From Hemiscyllium ocellatum (lineage: Eukaryota): DNA of 64,000 nucleotides. The position numbers were made by a program, and so were the translations under genes. Position 1 is the stretch's first letter, and the number at the start of each line of letters is the position of its first letter. Under the pieces are notes generated by a model. It was not told the DNA's origin, did not search any database, and was given only the letters and a program-made list of their open reading frames with translations. Below are positions 23,898 through 36,584 of this stretch, piece by piece. The DNA lies in the NCBI RefSeq assembly GCF_020745735.1, contig NC_083406.1, positions 46,932,255-46,996,254 of the forward strand, written 5' to 3'.

Positions 23898-24811
23898 GAT
23901 TATAAATGTATTATTAAAAATGGACTCTCCTGTGTTTTGTGTTCATCTTCTGTTTCAAAATATTCACAAGGAGAATGTTATTGAATATTGTCTCTGTAGA
24001 TATTAAGTAATTAAAATTTACTTGCATGCAAGCAGAGATAAAATAAGTCATTCTACTAGTTTATTTAAAGTCACTTTGTGAAATGCCCATCAAATTCAAA
24101 ATATTCAGCTTTCTGTAGCTCTCACTGGAATTTGAATTTAATGTTAGAGCACGTACTATTTCATCTGTATTTTTTATCCATGTTTTGATGAAATATTAAA
24201 TGCTTTCTGAATTTCAGGAACTGAAATCACCAAGTATTCCTAGACATTGTAAGAAATGTATGTGGAGCTTCAAATGTCTGGTTTTAAATGGTGATGTACA
24301 GTTTGTATTAAAACTACCTTGTTGGTTGTGAATAATGAGTTATCATGTACTTTACCAGCCTGATACTCTTTACTTAATTTGAAAATCGTGGTGTATTTAA
24401 ATCTGTATAAATATTTAACCTGCATATTGAAATGATTACCACTGTGTTCTTAGTGATCTGCTTCAGGGCTGTTCCTCTGCTCATTGCTCCACACCTCACA
24501 GTCTGCTCTTTACTTGCTCATAGGAGCCTCTGTTTTTTATTTTAGTGAGCTTAAATGAAACACAAATTTTCTTCTTGAAGGATCTGAGCAGCATTTGTCC
24601 TTTGAGGTTTTAGCTCTTCCGCCATTACTTCTGAAAATTAATTAGCTCTCTGTTGGCCTTCACTCATACAAGCAGAGGGGAACGATCACCTCTGAAGCTT
24701 CAGAATACTCTGCTCCTCAACGTTATTTTGTTTTTAAACAAATATGTACTTCAAATTTACAGGGTAGGGGCCATTGGCGCAATTCATTTTTTGAAGTTGC
24801 ATATGTGGATC

Positions 24812-25152
24812 AGGTCATAGAATCATAATGTGGAAGCAGGCCATTCAGCCCATCAAATTCACACCACCTTCTGAAAAGCATTCCACCCAGACTCACTTCC
24901 CCAACCCCTGCCTTTCCCATGGCCAACCCATCAAGCCTGCACATCCCAAGACATTATGGACAATTTACATGGCCAGTTCACATAACCTGCATATCTATGG
25001 ACTGGGGAGGAAACCAAAGCACCTGGAAGAAACCCACTCAGACATAGGGTGAATTTGTAAACTCTACACGGACAGTGGCTCCAAGGGTGGAATCAAGGCT
25101 GGGTCCTTGGCACTGTGAGATTTCAAGTGGTCACCACTGAACCACCATGCCA
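24812..25152 (-). mobile_element. HE1-type V-SINE (older)
   Basis: ggaagcaggccattcagccc, gggaggaaaccaaagcacctggaagaaaccca, accactgaaccaccatgcc. Confidence 0.85.
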
Positions 25153-27833
25153 CTCTGAAATAAATAGACTGAATAAATAGATAGATAAACATAAAATGAG
25201 GGTCTTATAAATGTGTTATTTATAACATATATGTGGGGGGGGGATGGGATTTGATACTTGGGGATACCACTCATTACATGCTCGCATGGGAAATAAATTA
25301 AAATGTGAAAATCAGTGAGGTTATTTTGTAAATTACAGTTTAAATTTGTTTTCTTTGTTGAACACAATCCTAAGTTATAACTGCTGCAACTCCAAGCTTA
25401 AGGCATACAGTTGTGACCATTCTCAGAACTTGTCATTTGGTCTGCTTGAAATTTGGTGAAGTGATAAGTTCAACATGACTGAGAAGTCTTTTAAAATCTA
25501 TCTGTCCTGATCTGATGGAATTCCCAAGACTTAATGGGATGAGTAAAAAAAGTGACGGATATATTAATGAAGGGTGAATTGGGAGTGTATCATTTGTAGT
25601 AATGTTAGAATCTAGTAATCAGCAATGTATGCATGTTCTGGAGTGTGGTTAACCAAAATAAAGCTCTTACAAATAAGTGTGGACTTGGACTCTGTTCAGA
25701 AACAAATACCTTCTGGTGTATGACAAGTGGGGAATGTGTAGGATATACATTGGAAACAAATGTTTTTTTTTGTAACAGTCTCAGTACACATCCTATGTCT
25801 AATTCAGCATCCAGAAGCTGAGTTTTCACTTGTTACCTCACAAGTTATTTTTAACTTCCACACCTATCAATTCTGAAGCAGGTTTCCAAATGCTGAGAAA
25901 TCTGGATGCCCCTTTTCCCTTTATCCATCACACAAATCGACTGAAGACCACCCTGATGGCTATTTCAGCGATGAAATTTCACTGCTGTTCTCTGGCGCTT
26001 GCCTGCTGGTTTGATGCTCAGAGGGAGTGTAATGATTTCCCTGTGTATAGTTGTTCAAGAAGTTTAACAGAGACAGTCAGAAATTTATTTCACTCCTCAT
26101 ATCAAGTCTGAAACACCAAAAGAAAGGTAGGGCTGTATTACGACTCATTTCAATGTCGTTCATTTCACAGGGAAACTTGTTAGAGGGTATTAGGTAATAG
26201 AACATTATCTGTAAATCTCTCTATGTGGCCTGCTTGTTGACAGTTATTTCTCATACATGCTGATCTTTCATTTGTTTGGAAGGACTGTAGTTTGATGGTT
26301 GAGTGAAATAAATTCAGACACAAATTCTAAAATTAACAACATTGCATGTACTTATTTTGATCTTCAGTGCAAAAGATTAGATTGTCATGATGTATGGTAG
26401 GATTTTTATCTTCCTCTTAAAACTTCTTAGTGAATTCTTCGTTGTGGGGAAACAGGGATTGAAGAAAACAAATGTACAGCTGCCTCAAATGTGGATCCTT
26501 TCAAAGGATGCATGACAATCTGCCTGCAATTAAATTTAAAAATCTGCCTTGTGTTTAACTTCAGTCTAACTTGGAAATTAATCTGTTCCACTAAAGGCAG
26601 GTTTGCGTGATGAATGAGCTGGCATTTCCAGTATATTGGCTTGACACCATGTCTACTGAGATGTAAGGTCAGGATACAGGAAAACAGGGAACAAAAATCA
26701 AAAACAGCAATAATATTTGAGCCACTGTGATGAATATTTGCATTGTAGTTTTGAATTTTGTGGAAATTGTAAAGTTGACAGTGTCATCACCAAACATTAA
26801 GAGCTAGATAGACTAGTTGAGCACCCTTTTCAAAAATGGCAGGCTGGCCCTGAATCCTGGATGCCCATTCCCTGGAGTTGCATTTCTGGAGGTCATTCTA
26901 AGGACATCAGCTGGTTCACAGGATTAAGGGTGCACCTGCATTCTTCACTCCCAGCCGGGCTGGCAGCAATATGGACGTAGGCAATTCCAAACCCCCTCTT
27001 GACCCGAACACTCGATAATGAAGCCAGACAAACTTTTAAGGGGTATTGCTTCACAGCATTTCAGAGATGTCATGAACACACAGCCTGTCTCATGGAAAGT
27101 TTTGAAATATCAATTCAGAAGATCTTAACCATGATTCCCAAATGCCATTGGCTGTGTCTTCACTCTGTTGGTGCTGCAACTATTGGCCAGCTTATTCCCC
27201 TCTTGGCCATATCCCAATGATGCCCTTGACCTCTATCACACTCTGCTCATTGCTCCCAATTGAATTTACCACTGGTAGGTAAATTTCTGTGTAGGTGGTA
27301 ATGCATTGTTGTGGTAGATTGGAAGAATGGCCAAATATAAACCAATAGGTATCGGTGTTGGTTCACTCCTTAACTGCTCAGATGCAGGAAGCAATGCTGT
27401 TTAAGTAGCATGGTGGCGTTATGAACTCTCTGTGATGAGAGTTAATAATTTTGAAATAGAAATTGTAGGGCTGGTTCTTTTTTGTGTTTCATATCCCATA
27501 CCACAATTTGCATTCCACTAATTGGGCTAAGGTTGGTGCTACAAGGTATGTTTGTGAATGATCACAGTGTTGTCAATGCCCTGTTATCAGTTTATATCCA
27601 ATGACTTAGTCATAATCCTGTAAACAGGAAAAGGGAAATGATTCAATTTGTTTTATTTTCTTGCACTACTATATAGTCTGGAATGAAGATAGCTATGATA
27701 CCATTGCATGTGAGAAAAAGTGTTCATTTTTATGTATAAGAAACCCTTAAAATATACTACTTTAATGAACTACAAATTCAAGAATTCAGTTTTATTATAG
27801 GCGAGCTTTATGTATAATAATTACATACATTAC

Positions 27834-27858
<25 letters not shown>
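27834..27858. repeat. (TA)n microsatellite
   Basis: Direct observation. Confidence 0.95.
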
Positions 27859-27868
<10 letters not shown>

Positions 27869-28130
27869 TTAATAATTTATTGTCTAAATTATACACTTGG
27901 CTGCCACAGCTAATATCAAAACTTTTAAAATAGAAACAGCTTTGTTGTTTGGCTATGAGGCTCCACTACTAAGTCTTTTTGATCTGTAACATAAGTGCCT
28001 CATTCCATATTTATGTAAATCTCAATTGCCAAAGAGTATATTGAGAATTTTAATTGAACTTCTAAAGTGTAGGTCTTGGATATTCTGCAAAGGCCATTGA
28101 AATGTGTTGCATGCTCTTTATCTTTTTCCA

Positions 28131-28220
28131 TGATGAAGGGCTTATGCTCGAAACGTTGAATTCTCTATTCCTGAGATGCTGCCTAACCTGCTGTGCTTTG
28201 ACCAGCAACACATTTGCAGC
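28131..28220 (+). mobile_element. ~90-bp hammerhead+tail mini-insertion (family A)
   Basis: TGATGA AGGGC ttat GCTC GAAAC GTT GAA...cacatttgcagc; flanks atcttt-ttcc and atcttt(gga)ttcc form a possible degenerate TSD. Confidence 0.8.
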
Positions 28221-28276
28221 CATCTTTGGATTCCCCATGTCCATTGAAGAGACTGGGTAGTAGACGAATTCTCAGG

Positions 28277-28310
28277 TTCCTGATGAAGGGCTCTGGCCTG
28301 AAACGTCGAA
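28277..28310 (+). ncRNA. Intact minimal type I hammerhead ribozyme motif
   Basis: TTC CTGATGA A GGGC tctg GCCT GAAAC GTC^ GAA: stem I TTC/GAA, GUC cleavage triplet, palindromic ACGT stem III. Confidence 0.85.
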
Positions 28311-28371
28311 TTTCCTGTTCCTTGGATGCTGCCTAACCTGCTGTGCTTTAACCAGCAACACATTTTCAGCA
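28280..28371 (+). mobile_element. 92-bp hammerhead+tail mini-insertion with a perfect 14-bp TSD
   Basis: GAATTCTCAGGTTC is at 28266-28279 and 28372-28385. Confidence 0.92.
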
Positions 28372-28835
28372 GAATTCTCAGGTTCTGCCAATGATACTAG
28401 ATTAAACTACATGTAAATTTGGTTAAACTGCACACATATATATTAATATAGATGATGTTAATCTTCATTATTGTCAAGAAGATATAGATGCACTGCAGAA
28501 AGTGCATAAAGAATTTTCAAAGACAGTACCAGATCTGAGAAGATACAATGGCCTTGACAGTTAGAACTGCTCAGAAAAAAAAATACTGAAAGATTGTTTA
28601 ACTTGCAAAGGAATTCAATAGAGTATATTCTGCTTTCTCCTTTCGAGGATTATCCAAATCTAGAGGTCATTAATATGAGTCACTAACAAATCAATAAAGA
28701 ATTTGAGAGAGAATGTGATGCATGATCCGAATGTATTTAAGGAGAAGCTAGAACAGTTGCATCTATGTTAAGCATGCAGGATTTTTAAATTCACTATGTG
28801 TAAATGGTTTTGAGTCTGGAAATCATTGTTTACAA

Positions 28836-29149
28836 TTAGATTAGATTAGATTACTTACAATGTGGAAACAGGCCCTTCAGCCCAACAAGTCCACACCGAC
28901 CCGCCGAAGCGCAACCCACCCAGACCCCCTATATTTACCACTTACCTAACACTACGGGCAATTTAGCATGGCCAATTCACCTGACCAGCACATCTTTGGA
29001 CTGTGGGAGGAAACCGGAGCACCCGGAGGAAACCCACGCAGACACGGGGAGAACGTGCAAACTCCGCACAGTCAGTCGCCTGAGTCGGGAATTGAACCCA
29101 GGTCCCTGGCGCTGTGAGGCAGCAGTGCTAACCACTGTGCCACCGTGCC
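28836..29149 (-). mobile_element. Young HE1 V-SINE with (CTAAT)n tail
   Basis: Near-consensus; A box TGGCACAGTGG and B box GGTTCAATTCC on the minus strand. Confidence 0.95.
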
Positions 29150-29789
29150 ATAAGGGAAGGAATGAAATTTGCAAAATTGAGAAGGGTGTAGGAAACTGAA
29201 AAGGTTATCATTTAGTGTAGATTGAGTGCCAGCATCAGCAAAGAAACATATGGAATAAGGTTGGAAAAGATCAGTTTTAAAGTAGCAAGTGTATTTTGAT
29301 TTTGTTTGGAGAATGGTATGTTTTTTAAGGCATCTGAAACCAGCCTTTTGAACCATTAAATTGACACAGATACTTTTTGTAACTAATTACCTGATTCATT
29401 TCTTTAAAGTACGTGGAATGAAATGCCAGAGGAAGTGGTTGGTAAATGGTCCACACCAGGAGACTACAGTCATCTGCATTGGTGACAATAGAGGGTTGCA
29501 GTACAATTTTCTTTCAGATTGTAGGCATGGCACTGAGTTACTGACTTGATTTTCTTTTTATACTTTAGGAAAGCTTATGTGTAGGCAGAAGTGGCATGTA
29601 AAGATCTCTGATTCTGCATTGTCAGTCGAACAAAATGGTGGTTATAATGCACAAGGGGCACTGGAAAGAGCTTAATATGAAAGAAAGGTAAATCTAGAAG
29701 CGATGGAGCCGTGATTTATCTCTGGCTGCACTCTCCAGATAAGCCATTACTCACATCAGTATTCAGATTGAATAAGGTTAGAGTGAGAT

Positions 29790-30030
29790 TTATTCAAGGG
29801 GTCTCCTGCACTAAATTCCTATTTATTTTTGTCTATCTGTGGGTGACCACTTGGGTAAACATGTTACCCACATGGTTCTCAGCCTCCAGGATGTGCTGCA
29901 GTGACTCCAGCTGCTGTTCAAGTTCCACATGTGGAGCTCAAGCTGCTGCAGCCAGCATCACTTCATGTACAATACACTTCATGTATTGTGTTCTGGAATT
30001 ACCACATATCACAGGGTCTGCATTGTTAAG
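29790..30030 (-). mobile_element. CR1 ORF1 N-terminal (Cys/coiled-coil) remnant
   Basis: Minus strand gives CWLQQLELH../LEQQLESLQHILEAENHVGNMFTQVVT. Confidence 0.6.
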
Positions 30031-31794
30031 GTTAGATGAATCCAGCCATTTTGAAACCAATCAATCAGGTATTCATGGAAGTAGTAATGAAGTTATTATT
30101 GATAATAGCCAGTAACAATATCTTTCTGAAGCTTTTTGAATACAAATTTCACCATGACTACCAAAAAGTATTATTAATTATGTAGCAATGCTAGGTGAGA
30201 TTCAGCAATTACTTCCTTTGTATTCCATTTTTAAATCAATTTTTTTCAAACTCCTGGCTGTTTAGCACCAGTCCTCGAGCTATGAGACTCCCAGTGTTGG
30301 CACTATAAAAAGTTTATCAAACCAGATATTCTCCAGCAATTCTCAGAGCTCTTCCTTCTCCTCCTTACCAGGTAACAGTCAGCCCAAAATCTTGCTCTGT
30401 ATTTATACCCCCCTCCCCCCTCCCCCAATTCTGTGTATTCCCTCACAGGTTCACACTTACTCAGCCTCTCCCAGATAATGTTCAGCCCAGAGTCTTCCTC
30501 TGTACTTAGTTCCTCTTTATCTTTCACATGTTTCCTTGCAGTTCCACTCTCCTACTGCTCTCTTATCTGTAATTCTTGGGGAAGAGAGAGAAATGAATGA
30601 TTAGTGTTTGGCAGGCACTGCCTAAGAGTGTGGTGGAAGCAGGTTCAGTTGAAGCATTTAGAATGAAATCAGACTGTTACCTGTAAAGGAACAGTGTGCA
30701 GGAGTCAGATTTACAGCATCTGCAGTTCTTTTTTTTTCATTTCGTATGCAGGGTCACATGGAGAAAACAGGAGAATGGCAGTAAGTAGATCGTTCATTCG
30801 GGAGGCCTTCACAGACACAAAAGGCTGAATGAACTCATTCTGCACTGTCACATTTCTACGATTTGTTAGATCTCTGATGACATTCTCAGGAAAAAGGATT
30901 GATAGATAGAGAAATCCATTTATAAGTAATCATACAAAAGTAGCTGGCTTTTGAGTAGAAGTTTGAAAATGCACTGCTTAAAGTGCTGAAGCCAGCTACT
31001 TGTTTTTGTATTTGCAGAACATTTAAATAAAAAAAAGCACCATTTGTCATGTCGTTTAACTGGCCATCAGATGAATTATTTACTGTTAGCATGAACTACC
31101 CAAATAGTTACACAGTATTAAATTCCTCCGACAGTTTACATCAATAACTTTAGCTTAGTTAATGGTGGGAGTCGTATGGCTAGGATTGCCAATCATGAGT
31201 GAAGCAGTAACATCAGTCGGCTCATTACACTTACACATTTCGAAGATTCACTTAACTTACCAGCCTTAACATTGTTGGGCATGTTTAATGTGGATCTAAT
31301 GAATGGGTCTTGAACTTCTATGCCAGATCTCTTGATAAGGCTACTGTTTGCAGATGCTGGCATTTGTTGTTTTATTTACTTCTCGACAACAGCTGAGAAT
31401 TCACTCTTACTTCTTCCACAAAACCCAGGCAATTGTTGCTTACTGATTAAAAGGAGCAAGTCGGTGATCTTTATAGAGGACCTTGAGGAAATAATATGCT
31501 TCTGTGGATATGCAGAAAGCATCAAAGCCATTGTTCTTTAGATGGAGATTTTGTCTTTACTCAGAGAAACCAACTTGAAATGAAATTAATTATGCTTACT
31601 TGAAGGCATTCACAATTTTCCTGTCACTATTGTAAGGTGAAGTGTCAAGAGAATCCCTGTAGACTCTTTCTGAATAGACAAAATGGTCCCTATTAAGCTA
31701 AGTGTTCTTTTGTAGATGAGGGAATTGCATTTTTCAGAAAGTTTCCTACACCATCCCTGCTGTATGTAAAATTCTGGTTGGTGGTGGGGCTGGA

Positions 31795-32100
31795 AGAGTA
31801 GAGTAGAGTAGAGTAGCTTTTATTTGTCATTTCTACCATATACAACTGATACAGTAAAAACGAGACAGTGTTCCTCCAGTATCGAGAGTGCTACATGGAC
31901 AGCACAACTACACAATCATGCGTGGCATAAAGTGCAAAACAAGTGCAAAACAGCAAGTTACAGCGTAACAGAAGAATGATAGATAATAGACATTTTTCTA
32001 GCAGTAATTTCAGACCGGAAAGAGTCTGATTATATTGTGGTAAAAAGCCTGATGTATTGGGGGAAGAAACTGTTGCACAGTGTGGCCATGAGAGACCAGG
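31795..32100 (-). mobile_element. Rex1/Babar-like LINE 3' end with (TACTC)n tail
   Basis: Minus strand: NSFFPNTSG then UTR ending gacaaataaaagctactctactctactct. Confidence 0.6.
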
Positions 32101-32149
32101 AAGAGCAGGAGCGGGCACAGATGCTATTGGCTGTGATTGAGAAGTCATG

Positions 32150-34110
32150 GAGTACATGACCAGTGAAAGGTTGGATTATAAGATTGAATCATTCTGAGAC
32201 TTGGGCAAAACAGTCAATAAGCTGCGAGATGTTTCTCCAGAATGTGTGCTTTGAGAGCGCAGTTATCAACAAACAAGCTCTCTACAATCTTTGTGTGTGA
32301 GCCTTTACCCTTTCCAAATTGAGAGATAAATGGCTGTCTTGAGCTGAATGTTTCCTCTCATATGGATGTCTTTGGGTGTATGTATGGCTGAATACTGGAT
32401 GTTAAGCAGAGCTAAAGCTACTATACGCTTTCCTTATGGTCATTGGGGGTAGTTAATCTACATTACATTGGCCATGGTGCCATCATGAAGTGTGAGAATG
32501 AACCTGATCACCTTTTCAGGGCAGCTGCATTTGTGCACCTCCTTCCTCAGACCTTTCCTATGTCGAAGACCTTGGTCAGGTCAATGAAAATGATGTAGAG
32601 AGCGTGTTTTGTTCATGAAGCTTTCCTTAAATTTGATGCATTATAAAGATTATGTTGACCACTCCATGTCCAGTATGATAATTATACTGTGATTTTCGGT
32701 ATACTGAACCTGTCAGATGACTGACAATCCTATGGAGGATAATCCTTGCAAGAGTTTTACTTACTGTGGAGAGAAGTGAAATATATTAATGATCGTCATG
32801 TCAGGAGTTGCTTCACTTCTATTTGTGGAAGGATCTTTGTAATCTTGGGACACAATGGGCGGCACGGTGGCACAGTGGTTAGCACTGCTGCCTCACAGCG
32901 CCTGAGACCCGGGTTCAATTCCCGACTCAGGCGACTGACTGTGTGAAGTTTGCACATTCTCCCTGTGTCTGCGTGGGTTTCCTCCGGGTGCTCCGGTTTC
33001 CTCCCGCAGTCCAAAGATGTGCGGGTCAGGTGAATTAGCCATGTTAGGTAAGGGGTAAATGTAGGGGTATAGGTGGGTTGCGGGTCGGTGTGGACTTGTT
33101 GGGCCGAAGGGCCTGTTTCCACACTGTAAGTAATCTAATCTAAAAAAAATGTCCTGGGTTCCAGGTCAAACTGAAAAGATTTGTTGACTTCCAAATTGCA
33201 TTATCTTCTTCATACATTAATACTTCTGCAGGGATGCTATCAGTTCTTTGGAGATTTCTCCAGAGTCAGCTACTTCATGGCCTTGATATTGTGAGATTGA
33301 ACAAGATGGAGAGCCAACCCATGCAGAACACAATGCTGTGGAAATGATTCTTTAGCATCATTGCACATGATGGGTTCTAGCTTCAGTAAAATATTAAGAT
33401 ATTGAGACAGAATATTATGCCTATTTGGAGGTGATTGCTATCTTCTGGAAAGCAGTCATCATACTTAGGTTGTCTACTACCCTGGAAAATCCATCATTGC
33501 CCCAAGATTTGCCTTCCTGTCCCTTGTCTATAGTATAGGCCTCTCAGGTCATGTTTCTCTGGGATCTCTGTCTTTTTCCCTTTGCTCCTCCCTGATCAAG
33601 GTTAGTGTCTGAGTGTGTACTTTGCAGTCTAGGACAAGCTCACTGCATAAACAAGGAAACACAATCGTGAGGGTGCAGCACTGGCTAGCACTGCTCTTCA
33701 TCTGGTTATGTCAGGTTGGAATTGGGATTTGGGAGAGTCTGACTCTGTGCTGGTGTGGTCCAGGGCAAAATATCATTCTGTTGGTTGGGTATACCTGTGG
33801 TGACAGTGGCTCTCAGGCTTGACTTGGGCCAGGTTTGGTACCCTTCCATCGGGTTTGGCAGTGCCACTCTGTGCCCTGGCTCCTGGGAGGAGTTGTGGAG
33901 GTGATCAGATTCAGCATAGGCATTAGGCAGGTTTGAAGAGGAAGAGGTGAGTTTGGGCAGCCCTGACTCTGCGTCATAGTCCTTTAGAAATTAATGTCAA
34001 GGACATGATGGCACTGACAAGCTGTTGATCTCTAAGAAGCATTCAGCACGCCTCAGGCTGCACACCCTTGAGGCATCTGTCATACATTAATGCAGATGTT
34101 TAGAGCTGAA
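32150..34110 (-). mobile_element. Decayed RTE-clade LINE (EN end to RT), interrupted by HE1
   Basis: Minus strand: RAECF..DQQLVSAIMSL (EN end); DSIPAEV; ISLLSTVSKTLARIILHR; LYIIFIDLTKVFD; CPEKVIRFILTLHDGTMANV; ESLFVDNCALKAH (FADD motif). Confidence 0.8.
32857..33149 (+). mobile_element. Young HE1 V-SINE
   Basis: GGGCGGCACGGTGGCACAGTGGTTAGCACTGCTGCCTCACAGC...taatctaatctaaaa. Confidence 0.96.
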
Positions 34111-34339
34111 GTGTATTTACATTGTTTGCGGTTCAAGAGCTTGTTAGAGAGGATTGTATTTGTCACAGCGAGCTCATATTTTTTAAACACAGAAATAAGA
34201 ATTGGAGTTTGTTCTTCCAATGTGGTAGTATCCTTATAACACTGAAATCACCAAAGATGATGAGCCTGTTCTAGTGTAGTACTCCCCTGATGCTGAGATC
34301 ATTATGGAATGCTTCTTTGATCTTTCTTTATCTCTGTCT

Positions 34340-35142
34340 TATTGTTGGACACTTGGGCTGATGAGTGTACAGAAATCAGGAAGGAGGTAGAGTGCTTGCT
34401 GTCATGGTGCAATGATAACAACCTCTTTCTTAATGTCAGCAAAGTGAAAGAACTAATCATTGACTTCAGGAAGAAAGGAGGAGGACACCCCCCCATCTCC
34501 ATCAATGGAGCTGAGGTGAAGAAGGTTGAGAGCTTCACATTCCTAGGAGTGACAATAACCGACAATTTATCCTGGACTTCAATGTAGATGCGACAGTCAA
34601 GAAGGCACAGCAATGCCTCTTTTTCTTCAGGTGACTTAAAAAAATTCAGGATACCCATAAGGACTCTCACCAATCTATACAGATGCACCATACCAACATT
34701 TGGATACATAATGGCCTGGTATGATATGTGCTGCACCCAAAACCATATGACACTACAGAAAGTTGTGTGCACACCCAGACCATCACAGAAGTCAACTGTG
34801 GAAATGCTGCCAATGTTATTGAAGACTCCTCCCACCTGGGAATGCTCCCTTCCAACCTCTTCTGTCACAGTGATGATACAGAGCTTGAACACGTGCACCA
34901 ACATATTCAAGAACAGATTCTTCACTGCTGTTATGAGACTGCTGAATGAACTCTCTAACTTCAAATAATGTTGATTTTGCTAATGTTGACCTTGTTTTGC
35001 GCACCTTCTGTGCAGTTCTAACTTTATGTGCCTCAGTCTGTCTAAGCACCCTATGATCTGCCTGTTCTGCTCACAAAAGCTTTTCACTGTACTAAGGTAC
35101 ATGTGACTAATCTAAAACAAATCAAACTGAAATCAAACCAAA
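34340..35142 (+). mobile_element. Rex1/Babar LINE 3' part
   Basis: EVECLLSWCNDNNLFLNVSKVKELIIDFRK...VESFTFLGVTITDNLSW; FKNRFFTAVMRLLN; (TCAAA)-like tail. Confidence 0.88.
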
Positions 35143-36020
35143 CTGGTCGATACGTGCATCTAGCCATGCTGATGCAAGTACCATGAGTTTGTAATTGCTT
35201 CCCTTCAGAAGTGAGTTAAGTTTACATAACAATTCAGATCAGTGGCAAAGTTGAGGATTAGATGTTGAGGTTCTTCGACTTGCAAGTGTCATAGAATGTA
35301 TAGTTTGTACTTAATTCCTCAAGATGAAACTCCTTTGTAAAACTTGTTTTTATTACGAGTGGCTATGTAAATATTGTCCTTGCTTTGAGTTCTGTTATAC
35401 ACTAAAGTCTTGTATTGTCATGTAAAAGTGTTATGATGTTTCTTGAGCTGTGCCATGGGGCAGTTTGGTCAAACAGGGATTGCCACATGACGCCACGCAG
35501 CAGGGATTATTTGTTGGGAGGAGATGTTATTTGAGAAGCTGAATAAATGGAATTTTACTGGATGAAAGGCATCTCCTGACTCTTCAACCATCCTATTGCC
35601 AACATTTTGATCCCTATTTGTGAATGATATATTCATAAGCAGCAAACCTGAAAAGAAACTAAATCCCACAAAGAGGATTTGTGAATGTGAGTGCAATATT
35701 TTATATTGAACCATGTAGCATTGGAGAATTTAAAGGCTTATTTCAAGTTGTCAATGTGTAAAATACAATCCGATGTGTTTAAATTAATCCAAAACAATCA
35801 AAAATATGAAAGGTGAAATTTGTGAATCAAGCACTGAACCTGATTAAGTGCAGATTCAGGTGTATATATTTTCAAATACAAATCACAATTATGGCAGAAT
35901 TGGAAAGGATGGTGGTGTTGAATCATTTTGCCCCTCGCCAGGGGAGCCATTCTCCTGTCAGAAATTGGAAACTCCCTGATTTTGGGAGGGCTAGGATGTA
36001 GTAGGCATTGGAAGTTGATG

Positions 36021-36111
36021 AGCCGAAAATGTGCCGCTGGTCAAAGCGCAGCAGGTCAGGCAGCATCCAAGGAACAGGAAATTCGACGTTTCGGGCACAA
36101 GCCCTTCATCA
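36021..36111 (-). mobile_element. 91-bp hammerhead+tail mini-insertion with a perfect 11-bp TSD
   Basis: GGAAGTTGATG is at 36010-36020 and 36112-36122. Confidence 0.93.
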
Positions 36112-36115
36112 GGAA
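36082..36115 (-). ncRNA. Intact minimal type I hammerhead ribozyme motif
   Basis: Minus strand: TTC CTGATGA A GGGC ttgt GCCC GAAAC GTC^ GAA; all core positions are canonical. Confidence 0.88.
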
Positions 36116-36584
36116 GTTGATGCTAAATCACTGCTCTGCCTAGACAGAGAGATATGGGCAGTGCATTCTACTATTTGATACATGGCTGGTTTCCTGAGTG
36201 CACAAAAAGCAAGAGTGTGAATGTAATTTGAGGTAACCACTTCACTTCCTTGACAGGTGCATTATCCAGAGATTGCAATCAATGAATTGAAAATTAGGCA
36301 TATTTGCACAGTAGGTGGGCAGCCCATTCTGTCAGATTAATCTCCAGGTGGTCAAAGTGAAACCTGTCTCCCAATTAAGTTAGAATTCCTGGTGGTTATG
36401 TAGTCCTTTAACTGCATGGGAAATGTGAAAAATGAACATTACTGCAGCATGTAATGAATGACTGATTTCTGCTAAAGGTCATTAATGAATTCAGGAATGA
36501 TGAATTTAACAAGATCCCAAAGGTGCATGAGCTGAAGTAGGCCATTCAGCCCTCAAGTCTGCTCGGGCATGCAGTGAGGTCATG

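Noticed and set aside
24218-24248. Possible micro-exon ELKSPSIPRH between tttcag and gtaaga
   Set aside because: Too short, no recognisable homology; such sites arise by chance.
29569-29687. AG..GT-bounded candidate exon on the plus strand
   Set aside because: Stops in all three frames; a non-coding exon cannot be supported without RNA data.
32857-32930. tRNA-like A/B boxes (also at 56894, 29149, 44061)
   Set aside because: These are heads of HE1 SINEs followed by the V-domain, not tRNA genes.
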